Part shown: positions 51,103 through 60,801 of the stretch, one piece after another
Position numbering within the stretch: the first letter of the stretch is position 1
Layout: each line of letters begins with the position of its first letter
Translations under genes and position numbers: made by a program
Notes under the pieces: model-generated
Told to the model about the DNA's origin: nothing
Database searches by the model: none
What the model saw: the letters and a program-made list of their open reading frames with translations, nothing else
From: an uncultured Holophagales bacterium
GTDB lineage: Bacteria > Acidobacteriota > Thermoanaerobaculia > Multivoradales > UBA5704
Reading direction: 5' to 3'
Length of the DNA stretch: 64,000 nt
NCBI GenBank assembly: GCA_963842525.1
Contig: CAWJGT010000003.1
Coordinates: forward strand, 864,001-928,000

Positions 51103-52760
51103 CGTCCCACCTCCGCCATCGCCAACTCAGGTTTTTCTCCCCCTCTCCCGGGGGAAGGGGGGGCGATGGGAGAGGGGGCCGGGGGGTGAGGGGCCGGCCG
51201 CAACGTCGCCTCGGCGACCGCCGTCCGCTTCAGCCCCTGCTGGAATTGCTGGAGCGTCGCCTCCAACGCCGGCAGGCTCGGCCGCAGGAAATGGTTCGGC
51301 GCGACGCCGATCCACAGCATGAAGACGCAGAGCGGGACGAGCGATGCCCACTCGCGCAGGTCGAGGTCGCGCAGGCCCCGGTTCTCCTCCTTGGTGAGCG
51401 GCCCCCACACGGTGAGCTCGATCATCTTGAGCAGGTAGACCGCGGCGAAGATGACGCCCACCGTCGCCAGGGCCGCCGGCCAGCCGAGCGCGCGATAGCT
51501 GCCGGCGAGGATCAGGAACTCGCCGACGAAGCCATTGAGCGCCGGCAGGCCCACCGAGGCCAGCGACGAGAAGATCAGGAAGAAGGCAAAAACGGGGATC
51601 ACCTTGGCCAAGCCGCCGAAGTCCTCGAACTTCTTCGTGTGCCGCCGGTCGTAGAGCATGCCGACGAGGAGGAACAGCGCGCCGGTCGACAGGCCGTGAT
51701 TGACCATCTGGAGGAGCGCTCCCTGCCAGGCGATGAGATCGAAGGCGAGGAGGCCGAGCATCACGAAGCCCAGGTGGGCGATCGAGGAGTAGGCGACCAG
51801 CTTCTTCATGTCCGTCTGGACCCAGGCCACGAACGCGCCGTAGAGAATGCCCACGATCGCGAGGCCGACGAGCAGCGGCTGGGCCGCCTCGCTCGCATGC
51901 GGGAAGAACGGCAGCGCGAACCGCAGGAAGCCGTAGGTGCCGAGCTTGAGCAGGATGCCGGCCAGGATCACCGAGCCGCCGGTGGGCGCCTCGACGTGCG
52001 CATCCGGCAGCCAGGTATGGACCGGGAACATGGGGACCTTGACCGCGAAGGCGAGGGCGAATGCCGCGAAGAGCCAGATCTGCTGCTGGATGGGGAAGTC
52101 GAGCCGCAGCATGTCGTCGTACGCGAAGCTCCAGATGTCATTGTTCAGGTTGTGGAACGTCCAGCCCATCCAGAGGATGGCGATCAGCATCAGCAGGCTG
52201 CCGCCCATGGTGAAGAGGAAGAACTTGACCGCCGCGTAGACCCGCCGTTCGCCGCCCCAGATCCCGATGATCAGATACATCGGGATCAGCATGACCTCCC
52301 AGAAAATGTAGAAGAGGAACAGATCCCAGGCGAGGAGCGTCCCCAGCACGCCGGTGGTCAGGACCAGGAACGCCGCGCCGAAGCCCGGCCAGTGGCGGTC
52401 GATGCCGCGCCAGGAGCCGAGGATCACGATCGGCAGCAGAAAGATGCCGAGCAGTGCCAGCGGCATGGAGATGCCGTCCATCGCCAGGTCGTAGCCGATG
52501 CCGAAGCGGGAGATCCACTCGATGCGTCCGCCGCCCGCTCCCAAATCATGGACCAGCGGGAAGGTGCCGTCCGGGCTCATGTGCGCGGCCGCGTACATCA
52601 CGCCCAGGGCGAGCTCGACGAGCGATACGAGCAGGACATAGACCTTGGTCGCCCGCTCGGCGCTGCGCGGGAAGAAGATCAGGGGCAGGGCCGCCAGCGT
52701 GGGAAAGAAAACCAGCCGGGTCAGCGTGTTGCCGAGGAGCAGGTTGAGGAGCGTGTCCAT
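51099..52760 (-). CDS. nuoM: NADH-quinone oxidoreductase subunit M
   Basis: FWEVMLIPMY, KVPMFPVHTWLPDAHVEAPT, KKLVAYSS, NGFVGEFL. Confidence 0.95.
   Translation of the reverse strand: MDTLLNLLLGNTLTRLVFFPTLAALPLIFFPRSAERATKVYVLLVSLVELALGVMYAAAHMSPDGTFPLVHDLGAGGGRIEWISRFGIGYDLAMDGISMPLALLGIFLLPIVILGSWRGIDRHWPGFGAAFLVLTTGVLGTLLAWDLFLFYIFWEVMLIPMYLIIGIWGGERRVYAAVKFFLFTMGGSLLMLIAILWMGWTFHNLNNDIWSFAYDDMLRLDFPIQQQIWLFAAFALAFAVKVPMFPVHTWLPDAHVEAPTGGSVILAGILLKLGTYGFLRFALPFFPHASEAAQPLLVGLAIVGILYGAFVAWVQTDMKKLVAYSSIAHLGFVMLGLLAFDLIAWQGALLQMVNHGLSTGALFLLVGMLYDRRHTKKFEDFGGLAKVIPVFAFFLIFSSLASVGLPALNGFVGEFLILAGSYRALGWPAALATVGVIFAAVYLLKMIELTVWGPLTKEENRGLRDLDLREWASLVPLCVFMLWIGVAPNHFLRPSLPALEATLQQFQQGLKRTAVAEATLRPAPHPPAPSPIAPPSPGRGGEKPELAMAEVGR
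51137..51193. repeat. Palindromic repeat (same family as 40538-40743) lying in frame in the nuoM 3' end
   Basis: CCCCTCTCCCG...GGGGGCGATGGGAGAGGGGG.C.GGGGGTGAGG; encodes PHPPAPSPIAPPSPGRG. Confidence 0.85.
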
Positions 52761-52779
52761 GGGTCGGTTCTCGGTCGCC

Positions 52780-54750
52780 TCAGTAGAGCAGCCACAGGGA
52801 GAGCAGGACCACGCCGGCGAAGAAGTAGAGCGCGTAGTTGCGGACGTTGCCGGTCGTGCTGAAGCGGCCCACCTCGCCGGCCATCTGGGTCATCCAGGCC
52901 GCGGTATGGATCGCGCCGTCGATCAGGAAGGTGTCGACTCCCTTCCAGAAGAACCGTGACAGGGCCGCGAGCGGCCGGACAATCAGCCGGTCGTAGACCT
53001 CGTCCACGTAATACTTGTTGACCAGCAGGCGGTGGACGCCGGGGAAGCGCGCGGCCAGCGTGCGCTCGGTCTCCAGGCTGCGATCGTCGCCGTAGAGCTT
53101 GCGGGCGACGAACAGGCCGCCGACGGCGGCGGCAATGGCAAGGACGAGCAGGACGAGTTGCAGCAGGATGCTCATCTCGTGCTCTTCCGGCTTGAGAAGG
53201 ACGATCGGCTCCAGCCAGTGGTGGAGCCAGTTGATGTCGCGGCCGGCCGAGAGGAGCTTGGGAATCCCGACGAAACCGGCGAGGACCGCGCCCGCCGCCA
53301 GGATCCAGAGCGGCAATGTCATGACCGGCGGCGACTCGTGCAGGTGATGCTCTTGATCACCATGCCCCGAGGCATGTTCCGATAGACCGCCGCGGAACTT
53401 GCCCGAGAACGTCATGTAGTGGGCGCGGAACATGTAAAAGGACGTCATCACCGCCGTGATCAGTCCGACGAGATAGAGCACCCACTGGTGCTCGGCCGCG
53501 GCGGCGTGGAGGATCTCGTCCTTGCTGAAGAAGCCGGCGAGCGGCGGGATGCCGGCGATCGCCAGGCAGCCGATCCAGAACTGTCTGCTCGTCTGCGGCA
53601 GGTGCTTGCCGAGCCCGCCCATCTTCTGCATGTCCTGCTCGCCGCCCATGGCATGGATCACCGAGCCGGAGCCGAGGAAGAGCAGGGCCTTGAAGAAGGC
53701 GTGCGTGCCGAGATGGAAGATCGCCGCCGTGTAGGCCCCCAGCCCCGCGGCCATGAACATGTAACCGAGCTGCGAGACGGTCGAATAGGCCAGCACCTTT
53801 TTGATATCGGTCTGCGTGAGCGCGATCGAGGCCGCGAAGATCGCCGTGGCCGCGCCGATCACCGCCACGAATTGCGAGACCCCGGGCGCGAGCTGATAGA
53901 TCACGTTGGTGCGGGCGATCATGTAGACGCCCGCGGTCACCATGGTCGCGGCATGGATCAGCGCCGACACCGGCGTCGGGCCGGCCATGGCGTCCGGCAG
54001 CCAGACATAGAGCGGGATCTGCGCGCTCTTGCCCATCGCGCCGATGAAGAAGCAGAGCGCGATGAAGCCGGCGAGCGACAGGCCCGCGAAGTATTCGCCC
54101 TGCACCAACGCCGGATTGCTCGCGATCCTTGGGAAGACCTCGCTGTATTTGAGCGATCCGAAGTGCGCGATCAGCGTGAACATGCCGATGAGGAATGCGG
54201 CGTCCCCGATGCGGTTGACGATGAACGCTTTCTTGCCGGCGAACGGCGGGAACGGCTGGTCGTAATAGAAACCGATCAGGAGGTACGAGCAGAGGCCGAC
54301 GCCCTCCCAGCCGACGAACATCACCAGGTAGTTGTCGCCCAGCACCAGCAGCAGCATCATCGCCATGAACAGGTTCAGATAGGCGAAGTAGCGCCGGTAT
54401 CCGGGGTCGTGCCCCATGTAGCCCACCGAATAGACGTGGATCAGAAAGCCCACGAAGGTGACGACGAAGAGCATCACCGCCGACAGCGCGTCGAGCTGGA
54501 ACGCGATGTCGATCTGCAGCGGGCCGGCGACCCAGGTGTAGAGGGTCTGCACGAAAGCCTGGGACGTGTCGCCTCCCGCATACTCGAAGAGACACCCGAG
54601 GGCGAGGAGCAGCGCCAGCAACGGCGCGCCGACGTTGATCACGGTGACCAGCGCCTTGGGCGGCTTGCGGCCGAGCAGGGCGTTGATCGTGGCGCCGGCG
54701 AACGGCAGGAGCGGGATCAGCCAGAGCAGGTCGAGCATGGCAACGTTCAC
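52780..54750 (-). CDS. nuoL: NADH-quinone oxidoreductase subunit L
   Basis: GWEGVG, GKSAQIPLYVWLPDAMAGPTPVSALIHAATM, HAFFKALLFL. Confidence 0.95.
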   Translation of the reverse strand: MNVAMLDLLWLIPLLPFAGATINALLGRKPPKALVTVINVGAPLLALLLALGCLFEYAGGDTSQAFVQTLYTWVAGPLQIDIAFQLDALSAVMLFVVTFVGFLIHVYSVGYMGHDPGYRRYFAYLNLFMAMMLLLVLGDNYLVMFVGWEGVGLCSYLLIGFYYDQPFPPFAGKKAFIVNRIGDAAFLIGMFTLIAHFGSLKYSEVFPRIASNPALVQGEYFAGLSLAGFIALCFFIGAMGKSAQIPLYVWLPDAMAGPTPVSALIHAATMVTAGVYMIARTNVIYQLAPGVSQFVAVIGAATAIFAASIALTQTDIKKVLAYSTVSQLGYMFMAAGLGAYTAAIFHLGTHAFFKALLFLGSGSVIHAMGGEQDMQKMGGLGKHLPQTSRQFWIGCLAIAGIPPLAGFFSKDEILHAAAAEHQWVLYLVGLITAVMTSFYMFRAHYMTFSGKFRGGLSEHASGHGDQEHHLHESPPVMTLPLWILAAGAVLAGFVGIPKLLSAGRDINWLHHWLEPIVLLKPEEHEMSILLQLVLLVLAIAAAVGGLFVARKLYGDDRSLETERTLAARFPGVHRLLVNKYYVDEVYDRLIVRPLAALSRFFWKGVDTFLIDGAIHTAAWMTQMAGEVGRFSTTGNVRNYALYFFAGVVLLSLWLLY

Positions 54751-55052
54751 CAGCGCATCAGGTTGATGCGGTTCAGGTCGATCGTGTGCCGCTGGCGGAA
54801 CACGGCGATGAAGAGGGCGAGCCCCACCGCGGCCTCTGCCGCGGCGACCGCCATCACGAACAGGACGACGATCTGCCCGGTGCGCACGTCGAGCTGGCGC
54901 GAATAGGCAATGAGAGTGAGATTGGCCGCGTTGAGCATCAGCTCGATCGACAGAAAGATGCTGATGCCGTTGCGCCGGGTGAGAGCGCCGACGGTGCCGA
55001 TGGCGAACAGCGCGGCGGCGAGCAGCAGATACCAGGAGACGGGGACGCTCAT
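54747..55052 (-). CDS. nuoK: NADH-quinone oxidoreductase subunit K
   Basis: SIELMLNA, VAAAEAAVGLA. Confidence 0.95.
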   Translation of the reverse strand: MSVPVSWYLLLAAALFAIGTVGALTRRNGISIFLSIELMLNAANLTLIAYSRQLDVRTGQIVVLFVMAVAAAEAAVGLALFIAVFRQRHTIDLNRINLMRW

Positions 55053-55582
55053 GTCCGGGGTTCCCTCTCGGTCGCGTCAGACTGCGGCGGACGCCGGGCC
55101 GCTACCGTGGCGCCGATCACGGCGACCAGGAGCAGGAGCCCGACGATCTCGAACGGGAGCAGGTATTGATCGAAGAGCTCCCGGGCCAGGCCCTTGAGCG
55201 AGACCATCTGCGGATCGAGCGGCGTTGCTGGCGGCATTGTGGCCTGATAGGCGCCCAGGGCGAGGATCAGCAGGCCGCCGAAGACCATGGCGGCGAGCAC
55301 GGCCGCGACGATCTGCGGCCGCTGGCCGGCCATCTGCGACTCTTCCTTACCAATATTGAGCAGCATGATGACGAACAGGAAGAGCACCAGGATCGCGCCG
55401 GTGTAGACCAGGACCTGGAGGACGCCGATGAACGGCGCGCCCAGCATCACGAACAGCACCGCCAGCGAGAACAGCGTCAGCACCAGGCTCATCGTGGAGT
55501 AGACCGGATTCTTGTGGATCACCACCACGAGCGCCGATCCCAGCGCCAGCACGGCGAAGATGACGAAGGTCAAGAGCTCCAT
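55049..55582 (-). CDS. nuoJ: NADH-quinone oxidoreductase subunit J
   Basis: NPVYS, QVLVYTGAILVLFLFVIMLL, YLLPFE. Confidence 0.95.
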   Translation of the reverse strand: MELLTFVIFAVLALGSALVVVIHKNPVYSTMSLVLTLFSLAVLFVMLGAPFIGVLQVLVYTGAILVLFLFVIMLLNIGKEESQMAGQRPQIVAAVLAAMVFGGLLILALGAYQATMPPATPLDPQMVSLKGLARELFDQYLLPFEIVGLLLLVAVIGATVAARRPPQSDATEREPRT

Positions 55583-55595
55583 GGCAACGCTCCCG

Positions 55596-56618
55596 TCACA
55601 GCCAGCCCGCCAGGGTCATCACGGCGACCAGGATCAGGTTGAAGATCGCGAGCGGCAGCAGGACCTTCCAGCCGAGCCGCATGAGCTGATCGTAGCGGAA
55701 GCGCGGGAAGGTCCAGCGCACCCAGACGAAGATCATCAGGCAGACCGCCACCTTGGCCATCAGGATCATCAGGCCCAGGGCCACGCCGAGCAGCCCGAGG
55801 CCTTCCAGCTCGATCCCCGGCAGGCTCCAGCCGCCGAAATAGAGCGTCACGCCGAGCGCCGAAAGAACGGCCATGTTCGTGTACTCGCCCATCATGAAGG
55901 CGGCGAAGCGCATGGCGCTGTATTCGGTGTGGAAGCCGGCGATCAGCTCCGACTCCGCCTCCGGCAGGTCGAAGGGGAGCCGGTTGGTCTCCGCGAACGC
56001 GGCGACCAGGAAGATCAGGAAACCGAGGATCTGGGGGATGAACATCCAGATGTGATCGCGCTGGTACTGCACCACGTCGCCGAGGTGGAACGAGCCCACC
56101 GGGATCACCGCGGCCAGCACAGCGAGCGCCATCGCCAACTCGTAGCTGATGAGCTGCGCCGAGGCGCGGATCGAGCCCATCAGCGAGAACTTGTTGTTCG
56201 ACGCGTACCCGGCGATCACCAGCGAATAGACGCTCAAGCTGGCGATGGCGAGGTAGAGGAGCACCCCGCTGTCGACGTTCGCGATCACCATCCGGTGGGT
56301 CTGGCCATTCGCTACGAGATCCGGGCCGAAAGGGATCACCACCAGGGTGGTGAAGGCCGGCAGCAGGGCGAGCACCGGCGCCATCAGGAAGAGCGGCTTG
56401 TCCGCCGCCGCCGGCATGACGTCCTCTTTGAAAAGGAATTTCAGGCCGTCCGCCAGCGTCTGGAACAGCCCCAGCGGCCCCACGCGGTTCGGGCCGAGGC
56501 GGTCCTGGATGAGGGCGCTGCCGCGCCGCTCCACCCAGTTCATGATGGGCGCCACGTTGAAGAAGACCAGGATGACCACCGCCATCTTGAGGACGGTCGC
56601 GGTGAGGTCGGCCGGCAT
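55596..56618 (-). CDS. nuoH: NADH-quinone oxidoreductase subunit H
   Basis: ERR...QDRLGPNRVGP, ISYE, ETNRLPFDLPEAESEL, PRFRYDQLM. Confidence 0.95.
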   Translation of the reverse strand: MPADLTATVLKMAVVILVFFNVAPIMNWVERRGSALIQDRLGPNRVGPLGLFQTLADGLKFLFKEDVMPAAADKPLFLMAPVLALLPAFTTLVVIPFGPDLVANGQTHRMVIANVDSGVLLYLAIASLSVYSLVIAGYASNNKFSLMGSIRASAQLISYELAMALAVLAAVIPVGSFHLGDVVQYQRDHIWMFIPQILGFLIFLVAAFAETNRLPFDLPEAESELIAGFHTEYSAMRFAAFMMGEYTNMAVLSALGVTLYFGGWSLPGIELEGLGLLGVALGLMILMAKVAVCLMIFVWVRWTFPRFRYDQLMRLGWKVLLPLAIFNLILVAVMTLAGWL

Positions 56619-56620
56619 CG

Positions 56621-58309
56621 TCAGACCTCCAGCGTCGTTGCCGCGGTCGTGGCGTCGACGGCAGCCCGGGCCTCGGGGACGTTCAGGGTGACGCCGACCG
56701 CCGGCAGTTCCTTCCAGCTCAGCCCGGCGAAGGCCGGGTGCCCGGCGGCGAGACGGTCGAAGACCTGGCCGGCCGTGAGCTTCGCCCACGACGGATCGAA
56801 GCGCGCCAGCAGCTCCACCAGCGGCTCGATGAGCGGCCGGCTCTGACCCGGGGCGGGGTAGGCCGCCACGAAGCGCTGCAGCCGCCATTCAACGTTGACG
56901 AATGTGCCGTCCTTCTCGGCGTGGTTGGCCACCGGCAGGGCGATGTCCGCGGCCTTGGCGAGCGGCGAGTCGGCCCAGCCGAAGACCACCAGGAGCTTCG
57001 CCCGGCGGAGGCGCTCGACCGTGTCCGGATCGTAGGCCGCGCGGCCACTATTGCCGCCAAGATCGCTGTCGAGCACGATCAGCACGGAGCAGCGGGACGC
57101 GCCGTCTCCGAGCAGCAGCTCGTCGGCATCGAGGATCCCGGTCGGCGAGGTGCCCGGCGTCAGGCCGGCCAGCTCGGAGCCGCGGCGGTTGGGCGCGGCC
57201 TCCGTGCCTGCGATACCGCCCTTCGTGTTCGGGATCGTCCAGGTCGGTCCGAGCTCGACCGGCACCGAACGGTGCGGCGAGCCCGCGGCGTCGGCCAGCT
57301 TCGCGGCAACATGGGCCTCCTCGACGGTGAGGAAGCCGGAGCCGAGGAAGGCAACCGGCCCGTCTGCCAACTGGATCCGCCGGTGGACCAGATCGAGGGC
57401 CTCCTTCCAGCCGCCGAGGAAGCCTCCGTTTCCGGTGGCCTCGGGCTTGACGCGGACCGCGGCCAGGCGCGGGGTCGAGACGTAGCGTTCGAACGTCGAG
57501 CGCCCGTAGTCGCACATCCAGTAGTCGTTGACCTCGGGATTGAAGCGCGGCTTGTAGCGCTTGATCTTGCCGCGCCGGTGCTCGATCGTGATGTTGCACC
57601 CCACCTCGCAGCCGGTGCAGAGCGACGGCTTCTTGTCGAGGTAGAAGACGCGCTCGGCGAAACGGAAGCGGGTCGAGGTCAGGGCTCCCACCGGGCAGAT
57701 GTCCACCACGCAGGTGGAGAGGTGGGTCTCCAGCGGCTTGCCCGGGAAGGTGCCGATCTCGGCCCGGGCGCCGCGGTTGAAGAAGCCGAGCTCGCCCGTC
57801 TGCGAGACCTCCTGCGTGAACCGCACGCAGCGGGTGCACTGGATGCACCGGTTCATGTTGAGGATCACATTCGAGCCCAGCGGGATGCGCTCGCGGCCCG
57901 GATAGGTCCGCTTGTCCTCGAAACGAAAGCGCGAGAAGGCGACCCCGTGCTTGAACGAGTAGTCCTGGAGACCGCACTCGCCGGCCTGGTCGCAGATCGG
58001 GCAGTCGAGCGGATGATTGATCAGGAAAAACTCCATCATCCCCTTCTGCGCCTCTTCGACCTCGGGCACGTCCGTGCGCACCACCATGCCGTCCTTCATC
58101 ACCTGGGTGGAGCAGCCGGCCTGGAGCTTGGGCATCTTCCGGCCGTTGTCCGTGATCTCCACGAGGCACATGCGGCACTGGCCGACGACCGACAGGCGCG
58201 GGTGATAGCAATAGTGGGGGATCATCACGCCGGCCTTGAGGCCGGCCTCGACGAGGTTCGTGCCGGCCTCCACCTCCACCGTGCGGTCGTTGATCGTGAC
58301 TTTAGGCAT
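56621..58309 (-). CDS. nuoG: NADH-quinone oxidoreductase subunit G (short form)
   Basis: CYH...CRMC, HPLDCPICDQAGEC, CIQCTRC, CPVGAL, CTGCEVGC. Confidence 0.93.
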   Translation of the reverse strand: MPKVTINDRTVEVEAGTNLVEAGLKAGVMIPHYCYHPRLSVVGQCRMCLVEITDNGRKMPKLQAGCSTQVMKDGMVVRTDVPEVEEAQKGMMEFFLINHPLDCPICDQAGECGLQDYSFKHGVAFSRFRFEDKRTYPGRERIPLGSNVILNMNRCIQCTRCVRFTQEVSQTGELGFFNRGARAEIGTFPGKPLETHLSTCVVDICPVGALTSTRFRFAERVFYLDKKPSLCTGCEVGCNITIEHRRGKIKRYKPRFNPEVNDYWMCDYGRSTFERYVSTPRLAAVRVKPEATGNGGFLGGWKEALDLVHRRIQLADGPVAFLGSGFLTVEEAHVAAKLADAAGSPHRSVPVELGPTWTIPNTKGGIAGTEAAPNRRGSELAGLTPGTSPTGILDADELLLGDGASRCSVLIVLDSDLGGNSGRAAYDPDTVERLRRAKLLVVFGWADSPLAKAADIALPVANHAEKDGTFVNVEWRLQRFVAAYPAPGQSRPLIEPLVELLARFDPSWAKLTAGQVFDRLAAGHPAFAGLSWKELPAVGVTLNVPEARAAVDATTAATTLEV

Positions 58310-59596
58310 TCAGGCTCCGTTCTGAAAGACCCGGCGCTTGGGGAACGGGCAGCGCCGCTCGCGCACGTGCTGCTCGATCTCGGGGAAAAAGCGATCGACC
58401 AGCGACTTGACCGGCCCGATGGCCGCGTCGCCGAGGGCGCAGAGCGAATTGCCGCCGATGTGGCCGCAGATCGAGAGGAGGAGCTGGCCGTCCGCCTCGC
58501 TCCCTTCGCCGTGCTCCAGCCGCTTGAGGAGCAGCTCCATCCAGTTCGTCCCCTCGCGGCACGGCGTGCACTGCCCGCACGATTCGTGATTGAAGAACTT
58601 GGCCAGGCGCGCCACCGAGCGGACCATGCAGGTCGTGTCGTCCATCACGATCACCGCCGCCGAGCCGAGCATCGAGCCGGCCTTGGCGACCGTGTCGAAA
58701 TCCATCTTGATGTCGATCAGCGACGCCGGCAGGATCGGCGCCGAGGCGCCGCCGGGAATGAACGCCTTGAGCGTGCCGCCCCGCCACATGCCGCCCGCGG
58801 CTTCGAGCATCTCGCGGAACGTGATGCCGATCGGGTGCTCGTACGTGCCGGGGCGCTCCACGTGGCCCGAAATGGCATAGAGCTTGGGGCCGGTGTTCTT
58901 CTCGTCCGTACCGATCGCCTTGAACCAGTCGGCGCCGCGCGTGAGGATGTGCGGCACGTTGCACAACGTCTCGACGTTGTTGATGACCGTCGGCTTGCCG
59001 AAGGCGCCTACCACGGCGGGGAAGGGCGGCTTGACGCGCGGCTGGCCGCGTTTGCCTTCGAGCGATTCGAGCATCCCCGTCTCTTCGCCGCAGATGTACG
59101 CTCCGGCGCCGCGGTGGACGTACATGTCCAGCTTGAAGCCCGAGCCCATGGCGTTGTCGCCGAGGATGCCCTCGTCATAGGCCTCGCGGATCGCCCGCTC
59201 CAGCATCACGGCCGACTTGGTGTACTCGCCGCGGATGTAGATGTAGCAGGTGTTGGCCTGGACCGCCCAGCAGCAGATGGCGCACCCCTCGATGAGCTGG
59301 TGCGGGTCGTTTTCCATCAGGAAGCGGTCCTTGAACGTGCCCGGCTCGGACTCGTCGGCGTTGCAGACGAGGTACTTGGGCGTGATGTTCTTGGGGATGA
59401 AGCTCCACTTGAGGCCGGCGGAGAAGCCGGCGCCGCCGCGCCCGCGGAGGCCGGACTTCTTGACCTCCTCGATGACCGCGTCGGGCTCCATCTTGACCGC
59501 CTTGGCCAGCCCCTCGTAGCCGCCGCCCTTGCGATACCCCTTGAGGGTGATGGCCTCGCGGCGGCCGGCGTTCCGGGTGAGCACCGGTTCGAACAT
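58310..59596 (-). CDS. nuoF: NADH-quinone oxidoreductase subunit F
   Basis: GRGGAGF, NADESEPGTFKD, GAGAYICGEET, ESCGQCTPCREG. Confidence 0.97.
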   Translation of the reverse strand: MFEPVLTRNAGRREAITLKGYRKGGGYEGLAKAVKMEPDAVIEEVKKSGLRGRGGAGFSAGLKWSFIPKNITPKYLVCNADESEPGTFKDRFLMENDPHQLIEGCAICCWAVQANTCYIYIRGEYTKSAVMLERAIREAYDEGILGDNAMGSGFKLDMYVHRGAGAYICGEETGMLESLEGKRGQPRVKPPFPAVVGAFGKPTVINNVETLCNVPHILTRGADWFKAIGTDEKNTGPKLYAISGHVERPGTYEHPIGITFREMLEAAGGMWRGGTLKAFIPGGASAPILPASLIDIKMDFDTVAKAGSMLGSAAVIVMDDTTCMVRSVARLAKFFNHESCGQCTPCREGTNWMELLLKRLEHGEGSEADGQLLLSICGHIGGNSLCALGDAAIGPVKSLVDRFFPEIEQHVRERRCPFPKRRVFQNGA

Positions 59597-60095
59597 TTAC
59601 TTCAGCCCTCGCACGATGTCGCGCGCCCGGCGCGGGGTGAGGTTCTCGTGATAGTCGTTGTCGACCATCATCATCGGCGCCGTGTCGCAGGAGCCGAGGC
59701 ATTCGAAATGGACATAGGTGCAGCGGCCGTCGGGCGTGATCTCGTCCTCTCCGACGCCGAGCTCCTCGTGCAGCGCCTCCATGATCTCCTCGGAGCCGCG
59801 GAGCTGGCACGACAGGTTCGTGCAGACGCGGATGCGGTGGCGTCCGACCGGTTTCTGGTGATAGAGGTCGTAGAAGGTGACGACGCCATACACCTTGGCC
59901 GGCGCGAGATCGAGCTCGGCGGCCACGGCCTGGATGGCCTCGTCGGGGAGCCAGCCGCCCCACAGGCGCTGAGCGATGTGGAGGGCCGGGAGCAGCGCCG
60001 CCTCGGTCGTGGGGTAGCGCGTGCGGATCTCGTCGAGCTCCCCTGCGCGCCTCGGGAGTGAACCCGGGAGCAACCTTCGGCTCGCTCACGCTCAT
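59597..60095 (-). CDS. nuoE: NADH-quinone oxidoreductase subunit E (frameshift in a G-run near 60042)
   Basis: CTNLSC...CLGSCDTAP; ATG at 60095 overlaps the nuoA stop. Confidence 0.92.
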
Positions 60096-60499
60096 GACAG
60101 CTCTCCAAAGCCCCTCGCGGTGTTCGCGGTGTTCCCGCGGCGGGGTCCGAGGTCGAGGCCGCCCTTGAGCCAGGCATAGGCGTACCCGACCAGGATGAGG
60201 AAGATGAACACCATCACCGCCCAGAACAGATCCCATCCCCCTTCGCGAAGGATGAGGGCCCACGGATAGAGGAAGGCGGCCTCGAGGTCGAAGACGATGA
60301 AGTCGATGGCGATCAGGAAGAAGGCGATCGACATGCGCTTGTGCGACCGATCGAGGAGCGGCATGCCCGACTCGATCGTCGACGTCTTGACGCGGCCGCC
60401 GCGCTGGTCGCCGAGCAGCCACGACAGGCTGAGGATCGCGATCCCGAGCAGGATGGCGAATCCCATCGTCAGCAGAACGGGGTAGTACTGCTCCGGCAA
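60092..60499 (-). CDS. nuoA: NADH-quinone oxidoreductase subunit A
   Basis: ESGM, FIVFDLEAAFLYPWA, YAWLKGGL. Confidence 0.93.
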   Translation of the reverse strand: MPEQYYPVLLTMGFAILLGIAILSLSWLLGDQRGGRVKTSTIESGMPLLDRSHKRMSIAFFLIAIDFIVFDLEAAFLYPWALILREGGWDLFWAVMVFIFLILVGYAYAWLKGGLDLGPRRGNTANTARGFGELS

Positions 60500-60539
60500 C
60501 GGTCAATCCTCCAGCAGCAGGTGACGCCCACTCCAGGGC

Positions 60540-60557
60540 ATGTGAAGGATGTCACAA
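60540..60557. promoter_or_regulatory. Rex operator
   Basis: ATGTGAA-GGAT-GTCACAA versus consensus TTGTGAA-N4-TTCACAA (2 mismatches), about 40 bp upstream of nuoA. Confidence 0.75.
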
Positions 60558-60627
60558 GCTCGGGGGCGGGGGCAAGGGTCCTCAGGGTCCGTTGAATGAG
60601 CGGGTGGGGGGCCCTGGGAGCGCCATC

Positions 60628-60740
60628 GCCAGCCCCGCCCGGCGATGAATCGCCGGGCTAGGAACGGCGCCCCATGAATGGGGCTTTGAAGCCGGGTTTA
60701 CCCGGCGCTGTTCCTAGCCCGGGCATTGATGCCCGGGCGG
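60628..60740. repeat. REP-like palindromic cluster
   Basis: GCCCGGCGATGAATCGCCGGGCTAGGAAC ... GTTCCTAGCCCGGGCATTGATGCCCGGGC. Confidence 0.75.
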
Positions 60741-60801
60741 CAAGACGTGCCAAAGTTAGAGCCTGTGCGCCGGCCCAGCCCAATTCAGGGAGAATAGGGG
60801 G

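Noticed and set aside
56738-60061. 1107-aa plus-strand ORF and similar long antisense ORFs (e.g. 1205-3118, 8862-10385, 38784-40499, 51186-52862)
   Set aside because: Shadow frames of well-supported genes in high-GC DNA, with no motifs of their own.
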